Below, in pieces: positions 12,052 to 19,947 of a stretch of 64,000 bases of DNA. Position numbers and translations under genes: made by a program. Source of the stretch: Candidatus Eiseniibacteriota bacterium (lineage in GTDB: Bacteria; Eisenbacteria; RBG-16-71-46). The DNA is taken from assembly GCA_038231135.1 (NCBI GenBank), contig JBBRLX010000002.1:96001-160000 (forward strand), in the 5' to 3' direction. The notes under the pieces were generated by a model. It had not been told where the DNA came from, made no database searches, and saw nothing but the letters and a program-made list of their open reading frames with translations. Position 1 is the stretch's first letter. The number at the start of each line of letters is the position of its first letter.

Positions 12052-13154
12052 CCGGACCCGCCGCCACGGCAGCGCCGGCCGGCGGCCCGGCGGCCGCGCC
12101 GCGCGCCGTCACAGCGCGCCCGCGCCTAGCGGCGGCGCTCGAGCTGGCGGCGCCGCTCGCGGCGGTCGCGCTCGCGCTGCTGGCGGGTGCCGTGCTGATC
12201 GCGCTGGCGGGCGAGGACCCGCTCGCGATCTACGGTTCGATCCTGCACGCCTGCCTCGGCACCGGCTACGGCTTCGGGCAGATGCTGTTCAAGGCGACGC
12301 CGCTGGTGTTCACCGGCCTCGCGGTCGCGGTCGGGTTCCGTGCCGGCCTGTTCAACATCGGCGCCGAGGGCCAGCTCTACCTGGGCGGCTTCGCCGCCGC
12401 GCTCGCGGCGGTGGCGCTGGCGGGCGCCCCCGGACCCGTGCAGCTCGTGGGCGCGCTGCTCGCCGCCGCCGCGGCGGGCGCGGCGTGGGCCACGATCCCC
12501 GGAGTGCTCAAGGCGCGGTTCGGGGCCCACGAGGTGATCAACACGATCATGCTGAACTTCATCGCGATGCAGCTCGTGGCGTTCCTCGGCCGCTACGCGT
12601 ATCAACCGGGCACCGTGCGGACCGCCACCATCCCGGCGGGAGCGGTGATCCCGCGGCTCGACGTGTGGTTCCCGGCACTGCACGGGTCTCCGGCGAACCT
12701 GTCGCTGCTGCTCGGGCTCGGGCTCGCCCTCGCCACGGCCTGGCTGCTGTTCGGCTCGCGCCTCGGCTACGCGATCCGCGCCGTGGGTCTCAATCCGGCC
12801 GCGGCCGAATATGGCGGCATCGCGATCGGCTCCACGCACACCGCGGCGCTCGCGCTGTCGGGTGCTCTGGCGGGCCTCGGCGGGGTCAACTTCGTGCTCG
12901 GCTACAAGCAGTTCTTCGAGCAGGGGTTCTCGGCCGGCGCCGGGTTCCTCGGCATCGCGGTCGCGCTGATCGGCCGTAACCAGCCGCTCGGCGTGATCGT
13001 GGCGGCGCTGTTCTTCGGCGGCCTGTCCTACGGCGGGCTGGTGATCAACGACCGCGTGCCGCGCGAGCTGGTCGAGATGCTCACCGCGCTCGTGATCCTG
13101 TTCGCGATCACGCTGCAGCAGGTCATGACCCGCGCGGCGCGGAAGCTGCGATGA
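12048..13154 (+). CDS. Nucleoside ABC transporter permease 1
   Basis: GLFNIGAEGQ, EVINTIMLNFIA, GIAVALIGRN; ATGA overlap with the ATPase gene. Confidence 0.92.
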
Positions 13155-14053
13155 TGGAACTGCTGCTGTTCGTCGCGGCGGCGGTGCGCATCAGTGTGCC
13201 CTACACGCTGGGCGCCGTGGGCGCCGGGTTCAGCGAGCGCGGCGGCGTGGTGAACATCGGCATCGAGGGCATGATGCTGAACGGCGCGCTCGGCTACGTG
13301 CTGGGCGCCTGGTACTCGGGCCACGCCACGCTCGGGCTGTTGGCGGCGGTGGTGGCCGGCGTCGTGACGGCGGCGCTGCACGCGCTCGTCACCGTGCGGT
13401 TCCGCGCCGATCAGATCACGAGCGGGCTCGGCATCAACCTGCTCGCCGCCGGCCTCACCAAGTACGTGCTCGTCGAGGTGTTCCATTCCTCCTCGAACTC
13501 GCCGCGCGTGCCGGGGCTCGAACTGCTGCCGGGTCTCGCGGCGGTGCCGGCCGTGGGCACGGTGCTGGGCGCGCCGCTGGTGCTGCTCACCGCCCTGCTG
13601 GTGATCGGCGTCCAGTGGCTGATGTTCCGCTCGGTGTTCGGCTTGCGGCTGCGCTCGATCGGCGAGCGCCCCGAGGCGGCGGCGACGCTCGGCCTGTCGG
13701 TGACGGCCTACCGCACGGCGGGGGTGCTGATCTCGGGCGCGCTCGCCGGCCTCGCGGGCGCGTGGCTCGCGAGCGAACAGCATTCGTTCACCGACGGCAT
13801 GACCGGCGGCCGCGGCTACATCGCGCTCGCGGCGATGATCGTCGGCAAGTGGTCGCCGGCGGGCGCGGTCGCGGCCTGCCTGCTGTTCGGGGCGTCGGAG
13901 GCGCTGCAGATCACGCTGCAGGGCGTCGCGTTCCCGAACGAGCTGCTGCAGATGCTGCCGTATCTCGTGACGATGCTCGCGCTGGCCGGCTGGATCGGAC
14001 GCTCGGTGCCACCGCGCGCGGTGGGCGTGCCCTACGACCCGGAGTTGGGCTGA
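13151..14053 (+). CDS. Nucleoside ABC transporter permease 2
   Basis: SERGGVVNIGIEGMM, GRGYIALAA, LPYLVT. Confidence 0.93.
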   Translation: MMELLLFVAAAVRISVPYTLGAVGAGFSERGGVVNIGIEGMMLNGALGYVLGAWYSGHATLGLLAAVVAGVVTAALHALVTVRFRADQITSGLGINLLAAGLTKYVLVEVFHSSSNSPRVPGLELLPGLAAVPAVGTVLGAPLVLLTALLVIGVQWLMFRSVFGLRLRSIGERPEAAATLGLSVTAYRTAGVLISGALAGLAGAWLASEQHSFTDGMTGGRGYIALAAMIVGKWSPAGAVAACLLFGASEALQITLQGVAFPNELLQMLPYLVTMLALAGWIGRSVPPRAVGVPYDPELG

Positions 14054-14054
14054 C

Positions 14055-15875
14055 ATGGCGCGTCCGCGCGGCCCGTGGATCCTGCTGCTGACCGTCGCGG
14101 CGCTGTGCATCGCCACGTCGGTCACGTTCCCGATCTACGATCCCGACGTGTGGCAGCACCTCGCCGTCGGCCGCTGGATCTGGCAGGCCCACGCGCTGCC
14201 GCACCAGGAGATCTGGACGTGGCCGACCTATGGCACGCCCGCCGTCACGCCGTCGTGGCTGTTCCGCGTGCTGCTGTGGCCGGCGTGGGCCGTGGGCGGC
14301 GTCGCCGGGCTCGAGGCGTGGCGCTGGGTCACCACGCTCGTCACGTTCGCCGTGCTGGGACTCACCGCGCGCCGCATGGGGGCCGGCGGCACGGCGACGG
14401 TGGTGCTGCTGGTGGTGGCGGCGCTGATCTGGCGCCAGCGGTCGATGGTGCGGCCCGAGACCCTCACGGCGATCCTGCTCGCGCTGGAACTGTGGATCCT
14501 CGAGTGCCGCCGCGAGGGACTGCGCGACGACACGCCGTGGCTGGTTCCTCTGCTGTGGATCTGGGTGCAGGCGCACGTGTCGTTCGTCTTCGGGTTCGCG
14601 GTGCTCGCGATCTACGCCGCCGACGCGTCCCTCGGGCCTCGCCGGTCGTTCCGGCCCGCGCTGGCACTGGCCGCCGCGGCGGCGGTCGCGTTCCTCAATC
14701 CCTATGGCTCGGGGCTGGTGTGGCAGCCGTTCGAATTCCTGCTGCACCAGCGCAACGAGCCGCTGTTCCGCAGCATCGACGAGCTCCAGCGCGTGAACTG
14801 GACGCTGAACGACCGCAACGGCCTGCCGGTGCTGATGGCGGGGTGGATCGTGCTGGTACTCGTCGGCGTCGCGCGCCGCCGCGGCGACCGCGTCGAGGGG
14901 GTGATGTGCGCGGTGTTCACGGCGCTGGCACTCGGCTCGCAGCGGTTCACCGGGTTCTACGCGCTGGTCGCCGCGGTGTTCGTCGCGCGCGACGTCACGC
15001 GGCTGGCGTCACCGCCGCGCCGCGCCGCGCGGAACGCCGGCCGGCAGGACGTGCGTCAGGGTGCGCCGCCCGCCGCGCCGCCGCACGCGCTCCGCTGGAC
15101 GCAGGCCGCGATCGCCGCCGCCGCGTGCGTGCTGGTGTGCGTCCCCGAGTGGTCGCGCCCGGCTCCCGCGCTGGGCCTGGGGCTCGACCTCGGCGGCTAC
15201 CCCGTCGAGGCCTGCCAATTCGTCACGGCGCACGGCGTGCGCGGGCGGGCGTTCAACGTGTTCTACCACGGTGGCTACCTGCTGTGGCGGTTCGGCGCGG
15301 CGCTTGACCGGCTGCCGTTTATCGACGTGCACCAGGCGGGAACGCCGGAGCTGCGGGCCGCGTACGTCGCGGCGTTCGCGAGCCGGCCGGGCTGGCAGGC
15401 GCTCGATCGCGCGCACGCGTTCGACTGGGTGGTGCTGCCACGCCGGCAGGCCCCGGGTGACAGCCTGCTCGATGCCCTCGACGAGGATCCGGCGTTCGCG
15501 CGCGTGTTCGTCGACGACGACGCCGCGCTGTACGTGCGGCGCGCGGGCGCCATGGCGATGGTCGCGGAGCGCTGGGCTTACCGCCTCGTGCCCGGCGGCG
15601 CCGCCGGCCTCGATCCGCTCGGCCGCGCGTGCGAGCGCGACACCGCGCTGCGCGCGGCCACCGGCGCCGAGCTGGAGCGCGCGATTCAGGGCTCGCCACG
15701 CCATGCCCGCGCCGCAAGTCTGCTCGCGAACGTCGCGCTGCTCGATGGCCGGTTCGCGGACGCGCGCCGGCTGCTGCTCGAAGCCCGCCGCGTGGCGCCC
15801 GACACCCCGAAGGTCACGGAACGCCTGGCGATGATCGCGGCGCGCGATTCGAGCCACGCGCCGGGGGGGCGCTGA
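14055..15875 (+). CDS. Multi-pass membrane protein (GT-C-like) with C-terminal TPR-like helices
   Basis: DPDVWQHLAVGRWI after TM1, RPE, W.Q.H, NPYG, GGYLLW motifs; many TM segments. Confidence 0.65.
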   Translation: MARPRGPWILLLTVAALCIATSVTFPIYDPDVWQHLAVGRWIWQAHALPHQEIWTWPTYGTPAVTPSWLFRVLLWPAWAVGGVAGLEAWRWVTTLVTFAVLGLTARRMGAGGTATVVLLVVAALIWRQRSMVRPETLTAILLALELWILECRREGLRDDTPWLVPLLWIWVQAHVSFVFGFAVLAIYAADASLGPRRSFRPALALAAAAAVAFLNPYGSGLVWQPFEFLLHQRNEPLFRSIDELQRVNWTLNDRNGLPVLMAGWIVLVLVGVARRRGDRVEGVMCAVFTALALGSQRFTGFYALVAAVFVARDVTRLASPPRRAARNAGRQDVRQGAPPAAPPHALRWTQAAIAAAACVLVCVPEWSRPAPALGLGLDLGGYPVEACQFVTAHGVRGRAFNVFYHGGYLLWRFGAALDRLPFIDVHQAGTPELRAAYVAAFASRPGWQALDRAHAFDWVVLPRRQAPGDSLLDALDEDPAFARVFVDDDAALYVRRAGAMAMVAERWAYRLVPGGAAGLDPLGRACERDTALRAATGAELERAIQGSPRHARAASLLANVALLDGRFADARRLLLEARRVAPDTPKVTERLAMIAARDSSHAPGGR

Positions 15876-17651
15876 ATGCCGCGCCCGCGTCCCCCGCATC
15901 CGTCGCACCCGCCGAACCCCGGACCCGCGCCGTCGCGGGCGCCCGACCGCGGCCGGCGCCCGGCGGGCACGACCCGCCGGCGGTTCCCCGAACTACCGGT
16001 GGTGGCGGTGCTACTGCTCCTGCACGCCTGCCTGCTCGGCTGGGGCATCGCGCGCAATTCGGTGACGTTCGACGAGAATTTTCATCTGGCGTCGGGAGTC
16101 GCCGCGGTGACCCGGGGCGATTTCTGGATCTCGGTGGTGAATCCGCCGCTGGTCAAGGAATGCATGGCACTGGCGGCGCTCGCCGCCGGCGCGCAGCCGC
16201 CGCCCGATTCCGCGCTCGTGGCGCGCGATCAGTTCATCGCCGGCGAGGCGTTCATGCGCGCCAACGCCGCGCACTACCACCGGGTGTTCGCGGCGGCCCG
16301 CTGCGTGACCGCGGCGCTGTCGATCGCGCTCGCGGTGCTGATCTGGCGGTTCACCCGCCGGCGCTACGGCGTTCCCGCCGGCGTGTTCGCGCTGGCGCTG
16401 TACTCGCTGATCCCCGACGTGCTGGCCCACGGCGGCCTCGCCACGCTCGACATCGCCACGACGCTGCTGCTGTTCGCCGGCATCGTTGCCTATCTCAGAT
16501 TCGCCCGGTCGGGCGCGTGGCGCGACCTGCTGTGGCTGGCGCTGGTGGTCGCGGCGGCGTTCGCGACCCGGTTCAGCGCGTGGCTGCTGCTGCTGGTGCT
16601 CGCCGGGCTCACGGTGCCCGCGATCGCACTGCGCGCCGCGCCGCGGCCGGGGCGGCTCGTGGCGGGCGTGGTACTGCTGCTGCCGGTGGCGCTGCTCGCG
16701 CTGCACCTCGCCTATGGCGGACACGGCCACTGGCGGCCGCTGGCGCAGGACCGTTTCGACTCGGCGTCGTTCCGCCGCCTCGAGGCCCGGTGGCCGCACC
16801 TGGTCCTGCCGCTGCCCGAGGTCTATCTCGCGGGGCTCGATCACCAGGCGCTCGAATCGCAGGGCATCGTCCCGACCTACGTATTCGGCCGCGCGACGCT
16901 CGATCCCGTTCCCTGGTATCCGTGGCTGGCGATCGCGGTGAAGTGGCCGCTGGCGCTGTGGGGAGCGTTCGTGGCCGCGCTGGTGGCGTGGCTTTCGACG
17001 CGGCGCCGCGTGGATCCCGCCGGCCGGCGCGAGCGCCGGTTCGAAACCCTCGCGCTGCTGGCGCTGCCTGTGGCGCTGATCGCCACGCTGATGTTCGCGG
17101 TGCGGCTCAACGTCGGCGTGCGGTACCTGCTGCCGGCGCTGCCGCCACTGATCGTGCTCACGGCCGGCACGCTCCTGCCGCCGGGCAACGTGCCGCGCCG
17201 CCGGTTGGCGATCGCGATCGCGATCGCCGGGCTGGCGCTCGCCGAAACGGCGTTCACCGCGCCCTGGTACCTGGCGTTCTTCAACGCGATCGGCGGCGGC
17301 CCCGGCAACGGCGACCACATCGTCAACGATTCGAACGCCGACCTGGGGCAGGGTCTGATCGCGCTGCGGGAGGACCTGGCCCGGCTCGGCGTCCGGCGGG
17401 TGTACCTGGCCTACCACGGCAGCACGGATCCGGCCGTGTACGGGATCGATTACATTCCCTACCTGGGGGGCATGCCTGGGTCCGGGAGCGACTGGCTGGC
17501 CGTCAGCAGCTACTACTTCGTCGGGCTGAATCAGCGCATGATGACCCAGCGAGGCCGCACCCCATTCGTGCAATTGGACTTCCACGAGCTGGCGGATCGC
17601 CCGCCGGCGGCTCGTCCGGCCCGTTGCATGTACTTGTTCCGGATTCGTTGA
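15876..17651 (+). CDS. GT-C fold glycosyltransferase (GT39/ArnT/PMT-like)
   Basis: SVTFDE..H after TM1, NPPLVK, HGGLATLD, VRYLLP, DSNADLGQ. Confidence 0.78.
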   Translation: MPRPRPPHPSHPPNPGPAPSRAPDRGRRPAGTTRRRFPELPVVAVLLLLHACLLGWGIARNSVTFDENFHLASGVAAVTRGDFWISVVNPPLVKECMALAALAAGAQPPPDSALVARDQFIAGEAFMRANAAHYHRVFAAARCVTAALSIALAVLIWRFTRRRYGVPAGVFALALYSLIPDVLAHGGLATLDIATTLLLFAGIVAYLRFARSGAWRDLLWLALVVAAAFATRFSAWLLLLVLAGLTVPAIALRAAPRPGRLVAGVVLLLPVALLALHLAYGGHGHWRPLAQDRFDSASFRRLEARWPHLVLPLPEVYLAGLDHQALESQGIVPTYVFGRATLDPVPWYPWLAIAVKWPLALWGAFVAALVAWLSTRRRVDPAGRRERRFETLALLALPVALIATLMFAVRLNVGVRYLLPALPPLIVLTAGTLLPPGNVPRRRLAIAIAIAGLALAETAFTAPWYLAFFNAIGGGPGNGDHIVNDSNADLGQGLIALREDLARLGVRRVYLAYHGSTDPAVYGIDYIPYLGGMPGSGSDWLAVSSYYFVGLNQRMMTQRGRTPFVQLDFHELADRPPAARPARCMYLFRIR

Positions 17652-17819
17652 ACCCCGATCCACCCCGCGACGAATTGACGACCGCCTGATACATGACCGA
17701 TGCTCACCGTCGATGATCTCGTCGTGAGATCGGAGTCGCGGTGGATCGCGTCCGAATCACCCGGGCAATTCCCGAGTTCCGGAACATCGCTGAGCCGTTT
17801 CCATCATCCGAGTGGGATC

Positions 17820-18659
17820 ATGAGCATGCGTGGCACCTTCGCAATCGTGACGTTGGCTCTTGGCGCCCTGCTGGCGTCAGGCAGCGCCGCGCATGCCGAA
17901 GTTGCGGGCTCGGGATTCGAGCACGCCGGGCTGTTGTCCAACCACGGCCGGCTCGAAGTTCGCGCGCATCACCCGCTCAAGCTCACCCCGGCGCTCCGCG
18001 CCGCGACGCAGCGCGATGACCGGCGCCACGGGCGCCACCGCCTGCATCGCCACCGCTACGCCGCCGCCCGTCACGAGCTGACCCGGTCGGCCGCCAACGG
18101 CATCCCGGCGGCTCCGGCGCCGACGCATTCGCACTCGCTGCCCGCCCGGGTTCCGGTCGCGCATCAGCTGCGCGGCCACGACGGTGGCCCCAGGTCCTCG
18201 CCGCGCCATGCCGCGGCGACGGCGTGGGTCGATCCCACCGTGTACCAGCCGATGGGCATCGCGATGTACGAAGCCTCCCTGCCGGTCGATCGTGTGGAGC
18301 TGTGGCGCATCACCAGCCGCGGGCCCCCAGCCGCCGCCCTCGATGGCGCCCTGCTTCCCTCCGAATTCGCGCAGCGCCCACTAGCAGCCTTCCCCGGCGC
18401 GCGCCTCCACACCTTCCTACCCTGTTCGACCCGGCATGAGACCCTGGCCTTTGGACCCGGCTCCGCCTCGTCCGTTGCGGACCTGACCGCCCGGTCCGCC
18501 ACCGCCTCGCGTGAGCGCGCCGTCTCCGCCACGCGCCTGAAGTTCTCGAATGTTCCCCAACCCTGTTCCCTCGAAGCTCGTTACGAGCTTCACTGCGCGC
18601 CGGCTGAGGGCCCGGCCGCGGACGTCCCCGTGCCCTCATGCAGTGGAGGCAGTTCATGA
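17820..18659 (+). CDS. Hypothetical signal-peptide protein with RGPP motif, coupled to the ComEA-like gene
   Basis: MSMRGTFAIVTLALGALLASGSAAHA signal peptide; RGPP at 18318-18329; TGA overlaps downstream ATG (ATGA); start uncertain. Confidence 0.45.
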   Translation: MSMRGTFAIVTLALGALLASGSAAHAEVAGSGFEHAGLLSNHGRLEVRAHHPLKLTPALRAATQRDDRRHGRHRLHRHRYAAARHELTRSAANGIPAAPAPTHSHSLPARVPVAHQLRGHDGGPRSSPRHAAATAWVDPTVYQPMGIAMYEASLPVDRVELWRITSRGPPAAALDGALLPSEFAQRPLAAFPGARLHTFLPCSTRHETLAFGPGSASSVADLTARSATASRERAVSATRLKFSNVPQPCSLEARYELHCAPAEGPAADVPVPSCSGGSS

Positions 18660-19090
18660 AGCGTTTCCTGTCCCTGTCGTTGAGCCTGGTTGCCCTGTTG
18701 GCCGTCACGTCGTTCGCCGTCGCCGCGGATACCGCCACGCCTCCGGGAACCAGCACGGTTGGCAAGGTGAAGTCGCACACGGCGCACGCCGCGCGTTCCG
18801 TCGCCAGCGGCACGAAGAAGGCTGCCGTGGCCACCGGTGATGCCGTCGAGGACGCCGGTTCCGCCGTGGCGAAGACGCCGGGCAAGATCGCGTCGGCCAT
18901 GACGCCGAAGATCGACATCAACAGCGCGAGCAAGGACGACCTGATGAAGCTCAAGGGCGTCGGCGACGCGACGGCGGACAAGATCATCGCCGGCCGTCCG
19001 TACAAGATGAAGTCGGAGCTGTCGACGAAGAAGATCGTGAATCGTGCGACGTACGCGAAGATCCGCATGCACGTGATCGCGAAGCAGTAA
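18656..19090 (+). CDS. Secreted ComEA-like helix-hairpin-helix protein 1
   Basis: GGAGG RBS, signal peptide, KIDINSASKDDLMKLKGVGDATADKIIAGRPY. Confidence 0.9.
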   Translation: MKRFLSLSLSLVALLAVTSFAVAADTATPPGTSTVGKVKSHTAHAARSVASGTKKAAVATGDAVEDAGSAVAKTPGKIASAMTPKIDINSASKDDLMKLKGVGDATADKIIAGRPYKMKSELSTKKIVNRATYAKIRMHVIAKQ

Positions 19091-19105
19091 CTCGGTTGTA
19101 TAACG

Positions 19106-19133
19106 GCGTCGCCCCGGGATTCCGGGGCGACGC
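19106..19133 (+). terminator. Hairpin between the two HhH genes
   Basis: GCGTCGCCCCGG-GATT-CCGGGGCGACGC, perfect 12-bp stem, no U-tract. Confidence 0.45.
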
Positions 19134-19221
19134 AATCGAACCGGGGCATCCGCCCCACCGCTCGCGATGTTCGAGGGCACGCGAACGGGAAGCCAGCGCC
19201 CTCGTTTCAGGAGATCATTCG

Positions 19222-19611
19222 ATGAAGCGCACTCTGGGTATCACGTTGAGCGCACTGTCGCTCGTGCTCGTCGCGTCGGCCGCGTTCGCGGACGACGCCC
19301 CGGCGACGCCGGCGACCAGCGCCCCGGCGCAGGCCACGACGGACAACACCACGAAGACCGAGACCACAACCAAGACCGAGACCACCAAGAAGACGATGCA
19401 CCACAAGAGCTCCGCAATGTCCAAGCACGCGAAGGTGGATCTCAACTCGGCGTCGAAGGAAGACCTCGCCAAGCTGCCGGGCGTCGGCGACGACGGCGCG
19501 GACAAGATCATCGCGGCGCGTCCGTTCAAGACGCGCGCGGAGCTGCTGTCGAAGAAGGTCGTGACCCGCTCGGAGTACAAGAAGATCCACGGCTGGGTGA
19601 GCGCGAAGTAA
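19222..19611 (+). CDS. Secreted ComEA-like helix-hairpin-helix protein 2
   Basis: AGGAG RBS, signal peptide, Thr/Lys-rich linker, KVDLNSASKEDLAKLPGVGDDGADKIIAARPF. Confidence 0.9.
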   Translation: MKRTLGITLSALSLVLVASAAFADDAPATPATSAPAQATTDNTTKTETTTKTETTKKTMHHKSSAMSKHAKVDLNSASKEDLAKLPGVGDDGADKIIAARPFKTRAELLSKKVVTRSEYKKIHGWVSAK

Positions 19612-19696
19612 CGAACACGCTGGCGCCGCGTGCGCCGGTTCCACGGCCGCTGACAGCGGTCGTAAGGAACCCGGAGTTCGAGCGCCGGACTGGATT

Positions 19697-19918
19697 GCAC
19701 GCTCCGTATACCGACTTCGTGGTGACGAGGGGTCCCGCGAGGCACGGGTATGGAGCGTGCGTAAGCTGAAAAAATAGCACGCTCCGGCATACCGGCTTCG
19801 TGGTGACGAGGGGTCCCGTGGAGTACGGGTACGGAGCGTGCGTGAGTTGGGAATGCACGTTTTGTCCTACCGGTTTCGTGGTGACGAGGGGTCCCGCGGG
19901 GCAGGAGACAGAGCGTGC
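19697..19918 (+). repeat. Three tandem 64-65-nt structured repeats (19697-19760, 19777-19841, 19855-19918)
   Basis: Each unit is GCACG...CGTGC-flanked with the invariant core TTCGTGGTGACGAGGGGTCCCG; linkers of 16 and 13 nt. Confidence 0.92.
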
Positions 19919-19947
19919 TTCCCGTTTTTTGGGCGTGGCGCCGGCCG

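Noticed and set aside
19697..19918. Triple repeat as a CRISPR array
   Set aside because: Sequences between the invariant cores are homologous and base-pair across the core rather than being unique spacers; no cas genes are present
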